A stretch of DNA of 57,651 nt, counting the filler, from Sphacelaria rigidula (lineage: Eukaryota), in the NCBI GenBank assembly GCA_964200075.2. It is 5 parts of 5 records of this genome, joined end to end, with 100 filler letters (N's around TTAATTAATTAA, not from the genome) between each part and the next. Parts side by side here need not be neighbours in the genome. Positions count along the whole stretch, not along the records: positions 34,653 to 46,102 come from CAXNAA020004908.1; positions 46,203 to 57,651 come from CAXNAA020004909.1; 3 more parts are not named here. One strand, written 5' to 3'. A model generated the notes under the pieces. It saw only the letters and a program-made list of their open reading frames with translations, ran no database searches and was not told the DNA's origin. The position numbers and the translations under genes were made by a program. Positions 37,000 to 50,584 of the stretch are shown piece after piece. Positions within the stretch are counted from its first letter, which is position 1, and every line of letters starts with the position of its first letter.

Positions 37000-39420
37000 C
37001 TCAAGTAGTCGTACAAGTGTCTGCCTCGCACGCCGTTCGTTGCAGGGTGGTGTTGAGTTTCTGTTGATGGAATGCAGAGGCACAAAGTAGTCACAAGTTG
37101 ATGGAATGGACAGTGAGTGCATGTGCGGATCTGTGCGTAGCCTGGAAAATGATTTTCTGCTTTGGTCAACAGGTGGTGATGATCAAGATATAATGTGTGG
37201 TACGGTGGCTGTCGAAAAACAAAGTACGAAGTACATGTTGCTTTGAGAATGGGACACAACGTGGCTAATCACTGACGTTTTCTTACCCCGGCCAGATGGC
37301 TGCGGACCCCCACTGATGACCGACTGACACGTCCCGACAGCACCGCTGTAGACAGCAAGCGACACGAACACACTGCTCGTGGGGTCGGAGATGTGCGGGA
37401 TATCTTTACGTTACATAGGTGAATCATGAGACAACGACCAATCATGTTTGGAACGAAAATTTCGTTTTCGGTATCTAAGTTTGAGAGCCTTGGATGGGCT
37501 ACATACACAGTACAGCGCAGCACCATACAGCACATCAAGATTGGCCAACCGTAGCAGCAGGGTTTAAGAGTGGTAGAATGCACCACAAGAAGCAGACATC
37601 AAGCGATGATATGGCTGCCTTCAGCTGCATACCAACTTACCCCGGGACGCAAGGGGCAAGAGAATAACGAAGAAAAGACATTTCCATCTTTTTTTTGTTC
37701 TCTATGGGAGGAGGAAGCCTCACCCAACGTTCTCTCTCTGAGCGGCTTCGTGTGCCGATTACTCGGGGGCTCGGCTAGACCACCTTACGACAGTCATGCG
37801 GGGTAGGCTCCTCGAGCGTTCGGAAAGCTTTGGTCAAGGCAGTGTGAGGCGTATCCATTTGCCTTTGCGGCGTCGATGCAGGTGAGAGTGGCAACGGTCT
37901 CACGTGGAGTACGATACAGTACTCGTAGTAGTGCCGCAATGTACGAACCGTGCAGTGTGTTGTGTGTTTCTCTTGAGCCCACTATTATCGACACTGTGTT
38001 TTCAGACATGTCGGAAATTCGCGGAGTTTTCGGACTCTGCGTTCAGACTACACTGAGAATGAAGCGGCTTGATATTTCCCCGAAAGCTTCATTTTTGGAA
38101 AGTTCGAAACATGCGCACTGCGACGCAGCACTACGGAAAGCTTCCCTGGATATACGCCGTGGCGCTCGCAAGCATTCGACAATCAGGAGGTACCTTGGCC
38201 GTCCCTACTCGTACAATTCCGGAGATGTCCGGAGAAACAATGTCGACAACAGTGACAACCATCTCATGTACAGTAGTAGTGCCGCAATGTACCGCACAAC
38301 AGTACGGTGCATGTATGTCTTACTGCTGTAAAGAGCGGCATGAAGCAGACTCCTACACGCTGTATCGAACCCAATTCCCGCATACCATGTTGTGCGTGCA
38401 TGCTGAGCACTATCGTCTAATACTGTCTATGTTCACCAGGGTCTCACCATTGCGTCGAAAGGTCGAAACGCCTTGTTCATGCAGTAGCTGACGGTGTATA
38501 ACACCCTTGCCCTCTCCCAACAAGGTGGCTGGCCTGCCGGCATGGACTACATTGCTGTACAAAAAGTACAGCCTGTAGGCCTCAACGCAAGGTGTCAGCA
38601 TTGCCCTGTAGCCATTCGCATCATGTCATCCAAACACACACACCAGAGCTTCCTCGACGTGCTGTAAACACAGCCGTGTGATGACAATTCTGTGCTCACC
38701 AGGGCTTCATGAGCCCAAATCCTTACACACTGCATACAGTACTGCACATTGATGGTTATTGGCAGTTGAATAACCCCGACCATGTCCCACCAATCCGGAC
38801 CATTTCCTGTTGCCCCGCGAACAACATCTAGAAGTGTTACGTACACGAGCAGTACAGCAGCAGCGTCACGCGGGGGAACGTTTTTTTGTTGCTACGTACG
38901 AAGTAGTATTTTGATGTTGAACACCTCGGGGGGAAAACAGTGGATGATGGCGAAAGCTGTATCCCGCATTCGTGAGGATGCTCCGCATGTGCTGCGCATG
39001 TACAGTAGCAGTGGCCCAGACAGCACCGCTCCCCGACTCAGGAAGCATCCGCGTGGATGATCAAGGTGTGTTGACATCAAGACAGGCAGTTTCTCTCGTA
39101 GATCACAATGGCGAAAGCGCTGTATGCAACGAGGTATGACAGAATCCGTGCACCCAAGGGTGAACAACACCCTCCTCTGGGAAACCTGACCTCCGGCGTC
39201 ATGGGAGAGCACAGCGCTCGCGTAACACCACCGGCAGAGGCACGGGAAGATGCCATCAACTAGACGATGCGATATTCGCATCGCAAAATGATTTACTGAG
39301 ATCCATCAATGCCGCAAATGAAACGAGTTGGCTGGAGTTTAAAACGTTTGCATTTTTCTCCACACCAGCAGAGTGGTGCTGTAGGGAGCCAGCCCCATCT
39401 CTTTCTGTGATACAACCTGT
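37000..39420 (-). mobile_element. Decayed LINE (RT, with possible RNase H and Cys-His tail), interrupted by repeats at ~37600-38300
   Basis: Minus-strand peptides in the expected order: AALMDLSKSF (cf. FLDLSKAFD), FPRGGCCSPL (cf. VPQGS.LSPL), LIIHAD (cf. YADD), GVCLDD, VRSHLAG, CTHC..ETQHH. Confidence 0.55.
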
Positions 39421-39637
39421 TAACCCCACTACAACGCAAACCCGTGCAGTACATCGCAAACCCGTGCAGTACAGTACCATGCTCCCCAGTGCAGCACGAA
39501 AAAGCGCAACTTGGTGCAGTGAAGTGCAGTGCGGCACAGAGTATTGTACAGCTTGTGAAGAGTCATGCTCGGGTATGAACAGCGTCGACTGCAAGAAGAA
39601 ATACAGTGTGCTGTACCGTACTACCGTACTGTAGTGC

Positions 39638-39987
39638 GTGTGATGTCGTCCCTTCTATTCTGAACACCCGTTTGCGCCTTTCGGTATATGTGGGCGCACC
39701 GGCCGAGGTCTCACAGGAGGAAGGTCAACAGAGGAGCTCTTTCTTTTTCATTTGTTTTTGGCACCGCACCTTCTTTCTGCGGTGCTTGCCTTTTATTTTT
39801 TATCGCGAGAGGGGTTCAGCATTCCCTTTCCCTCGTCGACCGTGAAGTCGAATTTTGTGTACCCACGACATAGTCGCTCTCCACTGTTGGGCATGGTGTG
39901 AGAAGAAGTCCCAGATCGCTCCAAGAATTGGACCCATGACCCAACCGTCTGAAGGTTTCGAAGTTACTAACTGAGCCACCGGGGCGA
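39638..39987 (-). mobile_element. tRNA-derived SINE (same family as 3035-3388)
   Basis: Colinear similarity over ~350 bp. Head GGTGGCTCAGTTAGTAAC. Confidence 0.75.
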
Positions 39988-42254
39988 CCGGTTCGTGTGC
40001 AGCGGTCATTTCCAAGACTCAAGACTCAAGATTCACGACGTGCGACATGCGACATGCGGGCGTGGGTTATGTGCATTTGTGTGGGTTGTGCGTCCCATGA
40101 CGTGAAGTACTAATCGCACCTGATGGCCTTTTTTTGCGCAACGATCGCATGTTGGGAACTTGCGCCCGGGTTCCAACGCCCCCTGCGTGGAGCGCGATCA
40201 AAGGAGTGTATGTCAGGGTCTCAAAAAGTCTTGAGGCTCGGTTTGCGGTTGCGCAGACCAGAGCCGAAGGCCATGTGCGGCTCCCCGCAGGGGCCACGGA
40301 GAGCGGGAAAATGTTGGGCCTGTCCCCTTCAGAATACCCTCGAAACTGGTCAAAACGTTGATATTTTCCACGGCGAAAGAAGGAGCCTCACCCCCCCCCC
40401 CCCGCCCCCCAAAAAGACCTCAGAAAAAAATCGCCATCGGAGAAAAAGGCCGCAGATGTTTGTTCGCCGAGGCGAAATGACTGCGGCCCGAAATTCATGT
40501 CTGCGGCAAGCCGCAGATAAGACCGTCGGGACTCCGCGCTGCGCGCAGATTTTCCTGAATATCTGCGCTGCCGCAGCGCCGCATGCCCTTTTCGAGACCC
40601 TGGTGTACGTGGACATGAATTTCGGGTTGTGAAGTTGGACGGTGCAACAGTACGACGATCGCATGCGGCGACCATGATATATGATGGCGCGGCAAACAAA
40701 ACTCAAAACTCCGTTGTCGCTGGACGGCACAGCATGAGGACCGCACGATTGGAGACTCTTGGGATCACAAGCACTGACGTACATTCTACACGCACCCACC
40801 CCCGGGTGCATTCGATTTACTGTTAGCACTCGCCCTGCATGAACGTCGGGGGCTGCCGACGGTCTGTTCTTTGTTAGAGCTTCCATCTGCGAGATCCCTG
40901 AGCGTCGGTTGGGCTACAGTATCATATCCTTGTCTGCTCCACGTGGCGCTGTTCCACGTGGCGCTGGCTGGCTGCCTTCCTGTGCACGCATGCTCGTGGG
41001 GAAAACTGAGCTCGCGGGGTTCTCGTGTGCACGGAGCGGCGGGCCAGTGGCGCGGAATCAGTTCAGCGATCGTTCCGCAGAGGGTAGCTAATATTGAGGG
41101 GGCTGAGGAACAACAACTCGGTTTTCGTAACTGATGGATGCCGTATCCTGAAATAATCAAATAATGAGCGCCGAAGTGTTGGAAGCGTTTCATATTTGGA
41201 GTAGGAACGGTGCTCCGTCTCGAAAGGGATACGTGGTCAATGGTCAAATGACGGAGGCAAACAACAAATGAGTACGCCCCCCCCCGCCGGTACATTCCCT
41301 GATCGTAGATGTGGAAGATCCCTAAGACTCACAGTTGGGATGCAGCATCTGGAGCACTTTTGAGACGCCAGCCGGGGCAGTCCGACCGTGTGATACGGCA
41401 CCGCAATCGATCTCGAGGTAAGGGCACCACAACACCCCTGGTGCCGTGATACCGCGCGAGGCAGAAGTGCTAGAGATCGCCAGCACGTGACTACTTTCCC
41501 CTTGTTCCCGGTGATGATTGTGAGTTTCGAACGGAATAAGGCACATCTATATTTGGAGATAACATCCTTTCACATGAACCCCCGAATCCTACGCTCACAA
41601 AATACGAAAAAAAAAACACACGGCTACCACGCTGTGCCCATCTATCGTTGTCCGGTCTCCTCCGGACAGGTGGTGAAGTGCCTGCACCACTCCTTCCGTC
41701 ATCCCGTTCGACACATGCCACATCCACGGTTAAAAGTGGATCTCGATCGACACACTCCGAACGTACAGCGCCGGTGGGAAACCTGAGGGAAATCACCGGG
41801 GGTCACGCCGGCTAAGGGGGCGCAGCGCGAAGATAACTGAGCTCCCCTTAGTACGAAGAAGACACGGCAACTGTACCGTTCAGTACTTCGGAGGCGTCGA
41901 TCTCGTCCGCCGATGGAGCACTCGTAGAAAACCACAGGTTGGCCGAGGCACGTGAGCCGACGCTGGGACTAGGACCGATAGGCGAGAGACGAAGTCCCTC
42001 CGTCCGCGTTGCTGCAAACCGGCGATTGTTGGTTTGACTGCCCCCACCGAGCCCTTCCTAGCCGGGGTTCGTTTCAACAGTACGCCATAACGTTGTTGCG
42101 GGTCTCGAGGTGGTGCGCGTTGTGAGGCTGGAGGACGTTCAACGATGGCGGACGGAACCCAGAACCACAGCAAATGCCCGGGCTGTCCTCGACAAGCGCG
42201 CACGGGAGGAAGCGGCGGGAATTTTCGATACGGTGGTGGCGGTCGGCACATGCA

Positions 42255-43060
42255 ACGCCAAATTTGGGGTAGATTGGGTACGATCTCAAGTACTCTACCC
42301 CAATTCGGGTAAGCACTCTCAGCAATAGCTGGGTATAGAGCATCACTTGTGTATGACCTCATTAGTCTACCCAAAAGTTGGGTACGTTGGGTAAGATCTC
42401 GAATACTGTACACACATTTTGGGTAGACGGGGTACGATTTCTATACCCAAGCCAGATGTTGGGTGAGGCCGTGTCTTAGCACATCGTTTTTCGTTGGAAA
42501 GAAGAAGTGCGGTGGAATTGATTTGAGCGAATTCGTTCATTTTTCGCGGTTTCGGTCAAAGCTTTGGATCGAAAAAAGGCAGTGAAATTCTTGAAGCGGT
42601 ACTTGTCCGCTTGTCCACAGTACAGTATTGTCTGCGCTGTATGCATAGGCTGTGCTTTAGTGTGTGTGCATGTGTGCATATTTCGTACAGTAGGATATGA
42701 AAGACAAGCGGGCAACGTGCAGTACAGACGGCGCAGGACTATCTAAACTCTCTGCTTACAGTGCGATGTGAAAAGGCTTTGAACAACGTGCAGCTTTGTA
42801 CTGCCTGCACTGTCCATGAGTGTTCGCACGTCGGTCGTCCACCCTGCCACGCAGTTCCGTTGCCGATCCCCACCATGAAAGAAGATGCTCAAGGTTTCAC
42901 AACAGAAATAAAGACATGATACCCAACTCCTGCAGTGTGACTGGGTACGATGTCAGGTACTCTACCGCATTATTTGGGTACTACGAGTATGACTTTTCAA
43001 AATACCGAGTATTGGATATACCCGCCCCGACCTGCCCTTGCACAATTCAAGATACCATGG
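42255..43060. repeat. TACCCAA-rich repeat family (also ~46345-46720)
   Basis: Repeated tacccaa/ttgggta units. The segment translating to SMTFQ(N/S)TEYW is shared between 42950 (+) and 46380 (-). Confidence 0.6.
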
Positions 43061-45847
43061 AAAGCGCTGCCGCCATCCTCCCTTTGTTTCATTTTTTTTT
43101 CTTTGTATCATCGTTCTTCCTTCTTCTCCTTTTTTTTCCCCCCCTTGCTCGTTTTTCCTGTTTTCTTCCTCTCTTTCACTTTGGCAGACATTTCCTTGTT
43201 CGTCTTTGGCCCGTGTCTAGATTCTTGTAGTCTTTTGTTTTTTCATGTTTTATATATCTTTGAAACACAGCACAGACGTGTGTTTTCAGCATGCATGGCT
43301 GGATGCCTAGGGTACCGGTTGATGTGCAACAAATCTAGGTCGAATCGACGCAATACATGGTGGTGGTGATGATGATGCTGATGGTTTGTCAGAATACTTC
43401 TTGCCATTCGTCTGTGAAAAAAACACATTTGTACACAGCGGATTTTCTCTCAAGTAGGCGGTGAAGTATTCATGGTGGATATTACTCTATTTGAGTGTGA
43501 ACATCGATATTTGGATTCTACTGGGGTTGACAGTCCCCGAGTGCTCCTAGCATGCGCAGGACGCGTTGTTTTGTCCCAAACCGGTGCCGCAGCGCCGAAT
43601 GGAGGTCAACTAGCGCGCACTTTGCCTAGGGAACGCTTTGCAGTCTGCTTGCCCGAGGGTTCTCGGTATGCTTGGGTCGGAGTTGTTAACGTTAAGGTTA
43701 TTTCAAAAATGAATATCAAACATGGATGTTTCGACGTCGAACTGGGGCAGACGCATGTCCTTGTACACAACCCAGTTACCAACCAAAAGTCCGCAATGTT
43801 CGTTTCCTCCTTGTTTCCGTCGTCCTTCGATGTCAACCCCTCGCCCTTCGTCGAGATGGACGGGCCCGTGGATTTCGAGAAATCTAACCCGACCCCCGAT
43901 CTCTCTCGAAACGCTGTACCTAAACAAGTATCATATGATTTTTCGCCAAGACAGGACCAGAAAACCTCTCGCGCCTGAACTCGAACGCGTAACCTCAATC
44001 TCGACCTTCCTCACTGGTTATTGGAGAGTCTCGAGAAAAAAAAACAGAAGTCAGGGATAAAAGCGAGAAACGACTGGATTGTTTACGCTCAAACCCCAGG
44101 TTTGTTTTTATTTTCTTTCACCACGTAGGTGTGGACCGTGGCCAACTTTTCAGGGTTTAGTATTTTCTGTTCCGAATGCCACGTGGTCGGTGTAATGAGT
44201 TAAAAAGGTACAAGTTGCCCCGTGCTTTTCTACGCTTGTACTCTGCGCCCACCCGTGCGGTGTTACCCGTACAGCGCGGGAGAGCATGTACAGAGCCTTG
44301 CTACGACAGGTTGGGTGTTTGATCCCAGGGGGAAAAGACTCACAGATGTTTCGGACGACCTGACACACTCAACTCGGGGTTCATTTGAAAATTTGAAAAT
44401 TAGTCCTGAGTTGCTGCGCTTGTCTCTTGTCAGGGTTCAGTTTTCGGGGCTTACCTAGGAGAATTTGTCATATCCTGGCCTTGAATCCCAACTCCTAAAC
44501 CCCAACTCTTGAGTTTTTTCCGACCGGTTTTGTGTTTCCGGAACTTTCTCTTGTCGTATATGGGGATATTCGAAAGTGTTTTCGAGTGCCACCGCTTATC
44601 TCAGTGAGTGTTTGATTCCAAAGTTTGGGGATCGGGAGATAGTACTACACGCCCCACATTCCGAAATACGATCACATCTGCGCTCATCATTGAACGACTT
44701 ACGGGCTGACCGGTTTTCGAGGGTCCTGGGACTACCCAGCCCCAGGTTCTGGCCCTTGAGTAATTTTGCTCGATTGAAGCAATCTGCATCGTTGTCGTGG
44801 ACAAATGACAGCGATTTGTTTTTCAATCTCTACCTATTAATTGCGCTAGAGCCGGAAAACTGTGTTTTGTGGACCAGTGAAGGTCGACAAGACCCCCTGA
44901 TGAACAAGGTACTTACTCCGGATCACCCCGACAGCACCACTGGAGGATTGTGTTCTGAGCGCGACGTACTTATCTTCCCAATATCTATGGACGATAGGAC
45001 TTGTAGGCGGCAAGGACGGATACGACACGAGAAAGTTCAGAAAAGCACCCAAGAACGAAAATTGCCCAACCGAGCTCTGCATAGTACAGGCGAGGGTGAA
45101 GCAGTTGTGATCACCATCATGAATGATTTCACGGGCCCTCACTTTTTGTTTTCACCTATTCATTGAGCCAGAGCCGAAAAGAAATATGTTTCGGACCAAA
45201 AAGGGTCAACGACACCCCCTGTCAATTCAGCTCGGAAGTCGTTCAATATTGAGCGTAGAGACGATTTTTGTTTCGCGATGTGGAGCGGATGCCTAGTATA
45301 TCCCGACTCTCGAACGCTAGGATCAACCGCTCGCTAGGATGAGGGGTGGCACGCGAAAATATACATAGCGCGATCAACACCCACGATCGCAAGTGCATTA
45401 GGAAGGTTCCTAAGTTTGTTGTCACCGTAGCCCCGGGCAAACTGCAGTCGGAGAGCCGGTCGGCTAGGGACAGGCAGGCTGCACGCCAAGCTAGGCCCCG
45501 CAACACGTTCTTCAGCTGTAAGATGGACGTCAACAATTTCCGAGCTTATGACGTCCATCTTATAGTTGAAGAGTGTTCCGGGGGGTACGGAAGCAAAATA
45601 CTTCCTACTGTATTTGCGACCATGGGTGTTGATCTCGCGGTCCGTCGGGGGCGGCGCATCCGGCAACGTCCCTGGGGCGGAAAAACCTTCGGCGGGCGCG
45701 GAGGAAGGACACAACAGCCTCCCGTATTGTCGCACTGCGATGCAATACCACTCGTCGTGTGGCACACGTACCTCAATTACATGACGACCAGCACGGTCTG
45801 ATCAAGCTACACCCTGGGTCCCGTATCGAGTCGCACAGTCTCGTTAC

Positions 45848-46102
45848 GTACACGAAGACCAGAATCACGTCTGCGATGCGTGGTCCCGCTGGCGAAGACG
45901 ACGTTGTCTAGTCCCGCACCGGAGCAACACCGCCTACGGACACACGTGCCCCGGAGGTCGACTCCGACTCTGACCACGGTGGTCGCAGTCGACCTCCGGG
46001 GCACGTGTGTCCGTAGGCGGTGTTGCTCCGGTGCGGGACTAGACAACGTCGTCTTCGCCAGCGGGACCACGCATCGCAGACGTGATTCTGGTCTTCGTGT
46101 AC
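45848..46102. repeat. Perfect 116-bp inverted repeat with a 23-nt loop, ending exactly at the contig end
   Basis: Arms 45848-45963 and 45987-46102. The ORF track shows identical peptides on both strands. Confidence 0.95.
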
Positions 46103-46202
46103 NNNNNNNNNNNNNNNNNNNNNNNNNNNNNNNNNNNNNNNNNNNNTTAATTAATTAANNNNNNNNNNNNNNNNNNNNNNNNNNNNNNNNNNNNNNNNNN
46201 NN
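46103..46202. other. Artificial contig spacer
   Basis: N44-TTAATTAATTAA-N44. Confidence 0.98.
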
Positions 46203-46790
46203 CTTGCACTGGGTCTGCATACATGTGTGACATCAGTCTCTGATATGTCACTGCAAAGGATATCTCCCACAACATATCTTTTTCACCTTTTTTTATTTCA
46301 GGCTTTTTTCGAATTCGCTTCTGTGGGTACAGCACAAGTATTTCAAGGACAGGGTATACCCAATACTCGGTACTTTGAAAAGTCATACTCTCAGTACCCA
46401 AACATTTGGGCAGAGTTTCGAAATCGTACCTCATCTACCCAAAAATTGGGTGGAGTAATAGAGATCGTACCCAACTTACCCAAATGTGCGGTGGAGTGTT
46501 GAGGTCGTAGCCAAGTGACACTCTATACCCAGATATTGCTGAGAGTACTTACCCAAAAGTGGATGGAGTATTTGAGGTCGTACCCAATCTACCCAAAACT
46601 GGATGAGAGTATTTGGAGCCGTACCTAATCTACCCAAGCCTTCGGTGGAGTAAACACCCGGGTATTTTACCCAAGTATTCGCAAGTATATACCCTCCCCG
46701 ACCTGCCCTTGCAGTATTTGAAAAGTTCGCACGCGATTCTTTTTTTTCTTGTATTTGCTGGGCCATCCGCCCTCTCCAACACGCGTCCAG

Positions 46791-47017
46791 TCGAGGCCCG
46801 CAGCTCGTACAAGTGCACCAGGGTATAGGGCAACGCGATGGAGATGCAGAGGGGAGGGTGTTGACTGCAGAACTGGATTGCGCCTTTGTGGTGAACACCT
46901 ACACACCCAACTCCGGAGAACGTTTGAAGAGACTGGAGTTTAGGACCGACTCGTGGGATCGAGCGTTCGCGGCGTACCTGGAGCGGCTGGAGGAGACCAA
47001 GCCTGTCATTGTGATCG
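46791..47017 (+). CDS. APE1: AP endonuclease (APE1/ExoIII family), penultimate exon; acceptor could be 46791, 46804 or 46822
   Basis: LVQVHQGIGQRDGDAEGRVLTAELDCAFVVNTYTPNSGERLKRLEFRTDSWD...KPVIVIG. Donor G|GTAAGT. Confidence 0.9.
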
Positions 47018-47799
47018 GTAAGTTTTCGTGGTCCCTAGTGCCGGTTTCAGCCAAAATGCTACGAGCGTATTCGACACTGCTGTGCCTAAGATACATCAAC
47101 CAGCAAGATATGCCTTTTCAGCTGAACATGACCCACAACAATACGAAGCATACGAGCAACGCTCTCCCAAACCGCGGACGGAACAATGTCCATGGTGACA
47201 TGCCAATAGCCTGAGCTGACTGACGTTGTTCACATTGATGTTGCGAGTCCCTCCCCCTGTTTTCTCGTAAGTTCCGTTTGGCCCTTCAATCAACTCGCTG
47301 TCCGCCCCGCCTCCGCGCCACCCATACATACCACGCTAGCCCTGACAAGCACCTTTCTATCCCTCCGACCCTACCCTTCTATCAGCGTCGTCCTCGAACC
47401 TACCCTGGTGAAAGAGGTGACCCTCTCATATCGTCGTTTGGAGCGCGTGTTCATCCCCCGTTCCCCACGTAAGCCGGCATCTCTCTCTACTGCACCGCCA
47501 CCGCTTCACGACCGTTGTCCTCGAACCCGTTCTACTTCGTAATGTTTCCCCCATTTTCTAGCGCTCCACATCCGCGTTTGGTTCCTCAAAGGACGAACCA
47601 CCCACCAGCGGAGCAGCTTCTTGTCGTTTTTGGCTGGGTTCGCACCGTCGTCCACACCTCCACATTTCCCTCTTCCTCCGATTGCCGATTTCCCCACAAG
47701 CATCCAATTTGTTCCGTCTCGGAAGAGATGCGTGGTCAATGGTGAAACGACTTAGGCAAGCAACGCATGACCATTCCCCCCCCCCCCCCCCCCCCCCCC

Positions 47800-47830
<31 letters not shown>

Positions 47831-48952
47831 ACACTCCCCCCCCCCCCCCCCCCCCCCTCGCTCCTCCCCCNNNNNNNNNNCCAATTCAGAAACCACCCCA
47901 AGAACATTCCCCCCCCCCCCCCCATCCCCACAAACATCCAATTGTTGATAAATTCCCCCCGCTTTAGCGGTATTAGCCCCTCCCTCTCTCCCCCACTCGT
48001 CTTCCTCCTCGTCTGCGTCACCCATAGGACCACTGTCGTGCTCCGTTGCTTTTCCCTTCGACTTGACGTACCACGCGTTCCTCCCGTTCCCGCATCTTGA
48101 CGCCCAACTTTCGAATTTGCCTCAACTTGAGTGAGTGGTAGGAACCTCTTTTCCGCCCATGAATTTCGCTCCATCGCCGTTATTTCAGACTCGCTATCGC
48201 CCGCGGGTTTCACCTGCATCCCCCCCCCCCCCCCCCCCTCCTCGCTTTTCCTCTCCCCCCCTCTCCTCCCCCCCTCCCCCGCCCGCTCGCTTTTTCGCTT
48301 CGCTGCTTCCTCCTTGTCATCCACACCGTCGACGACAGCATGCACGTTCCTCCCTTACATCACCGGCTATCCTCGAAGGACGTGCTCCGCCTTAGAACGA
48401 GTTTTACCCCAAAGCGATTCGGCCTCTACTTCGCCTAGCGTGCGTCTCCCGTCTACCCCGTCGCCTCCCCATCCTTCGCACCCGACCACTGCCCACATTC
48501 CCTCGTTACTGCTAGCCCCAGTGCTACTTATATTTGACAGCGATTTTTTGTCCATTCTACTGTTGCGCGGACTTGTGCATGGTATGGCGAAGACTATTGA
48601 ATAGATGAGCGTGGGCGCTCAGCGATATACTTGACATCAGGGGCCGCGTACACTGTCATGGCCGGGAAAGCGGGAGGCTTTCTCCGCGCGGCTGCCGTTT
48701 GTCTCTTCGTCGCGAGCACTACTGTACGAGAAACGAAGCGCGGCGGCGACGATGGACGTGTACCCATAATATGTACGTTGGTTTGCATGTTTACCGGCGG
48801 CGATTTGTTGAAGCACCTGCAGGGAGATACCACAAGAGGAGATGTGCGCCGGTCTTGTTGTGCCTTACAAGTCCATACGTATTTGCTCTAGTAGTCAGCA
48901 TCAGAAATATTCGGAATTCGCAGTTGTTATGATTTTTGAGTTTTTCGCGAGC

Positions 48953-49465
48953 ACTATTCTTCGTTGGTACTTGAAAATGCTAGCGTCGGTAGATTTAGGG
49001 GGAAAGCGTAGGCCGCGCTCAAACCACAGTGCCTAAGTTGGTGTGTTTGGGGCGATGCAGACTAGATACCCCGTTCGTCAGGTGGGTGTTGTTGACCGTG
49101 TTTGGTCCAGTACAAATCGTTTTCCGGCTCTTTCGCAACGAAACGGTAAATGTTCAGATGAATGAATATGTATACACTTCTTCAAAAACACGATCGATAT
49201 TGTCTTTCCCCCCTATACTTCACAGACCTGAGTCCAGCATGGTCCGTGGATGGCTTATTCCGCTTTTTTTCGTATACTATTCTCCATGAGTACTCGAAAG
49301 TGCTAGCGTCAATGGTTTTGACCAAATCAATAAAACGTGCTCAAATCACAATGCTCAGGTTGGTGTTGTGGGGGCGATACGGAGTGAAGATCCCGTTTAT
49401 CAGGAGGGTGTTATTCACCGTGACTGGTGCAAGAAACATGATTTTCCGGCTCTAGCCCATTGAAC
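48953..49465 (+). repeat. Degenerate direct duplication (~48953-49145 and ~49276-49465) in the APE1 intron
   Basis: actattct..gtactYgaaaRtgctagcgtc...ttttccggctct occurs in both copies. Confidence 0.7.
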
Positions 49466-50584
49466 AAGTGGAATTTAAAAAACATGCATTTTTATGTATT
49501 GAGATATATGACCGGGATCGATTCGGTTCACCGAAAATACTGAAAAGCTAGAACCTGTGGTTGCACTTTCGCAGGACCCCCGAAGATCGGTCAAGCCAGT
49601 AAGTCACTCAATATTGATCCCAGATTTTTTTCCTCCCAATATTTGTCAAGAGGGTTGTAACATCTCCAGATCGCCACTTTTTTTCATCCAACATTCACTG
49701 TGATGAGCGGTGGCAAGCGAAAGAAATTTAGAGAACCTCGAAGTAAATAAGCAATTACGAATTCTGGAGACTTCTGATGCTGACTTGTGTTGTTCTGTGA
49801 CTTCCAGAGGTGTTTGTGTTGTGCGTGATGGGTGCTTTGAGTCCGGACGCAGCACTCTACAATATGACGGGTCGAGGCCGGCCCTTCTTCGAGGGTGACA
49901 CCACATAGCCCCGTTCATGCGATTTTGTATAACGGTTGGGGAAGAAGGAATGAATACAATGCTCTTGTTCTTGTCTTCCCCTACCATTGTTGGTTAGCCT
50001 TCCTCTCTGGTCTAGGCAGTGGTACTTCTGCCGGTAGTTCTATAGCTTGGTGCTGCCACAAATCTGGTAGACCACACAGACAGAACGGTGGAACAGGACG
50101 ATGCAGAGAAGGTGAAATAGGTGCTCACAACTGGAATAACACGCGTCGTCCAACGCGGGGATTGTCGATCAGCAAAATGGTATGCGCGGAGCCCACAACA
50201 CCCTCTCTCATGATTTTCCAGAACCTGGAAACGCAGCAACAGACTACTCTGAGTTGTTCATTGCAAGGAGGGAAGACCCGAAGCTCAATTCTGCACCGTG
50301 CGCGAGGAACACCGGTGTCCCTCCAAATAGTACCTCGTCACGGCTCTTGCCGCTTGAGAACTGCCCCTACACCTGCTCGACAGTCGAGACCTATTTCAGC
50401 GTTATCCTTTTACTTCTGGGTTCTGGCTCGATGAGGTGGGAGTCGAACCCCTTGAAGCACCCGAGCTCAGGACGACCATACAGTGAACATGTTGCCGGTA
50501 GATTTGACCATCACCCTCGGTTTTGCCGCACTGCTTTCCCACCTGGTACTGCGATCGGCTCCACGATCTAAGAACTGAACCTCA

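Noticed and set aside
43472-43978. 168-aa ORF as a gene
   Set aside because: Its first half is a copy of the non-coding repeat end seen at 20450-21190, and it has no motifs.
42255-46720. CRISPR-like array in the TACCCAA repeats
   Set aside because: The units are degenerate and irregularly spaced, there are no cas genes, and the context is eukaryotic.
47558-48604. Pro- and Gly-rich ORFs
   Set aside because: Translation of poly-C tracts around an N-gap inside the APE1 intron.
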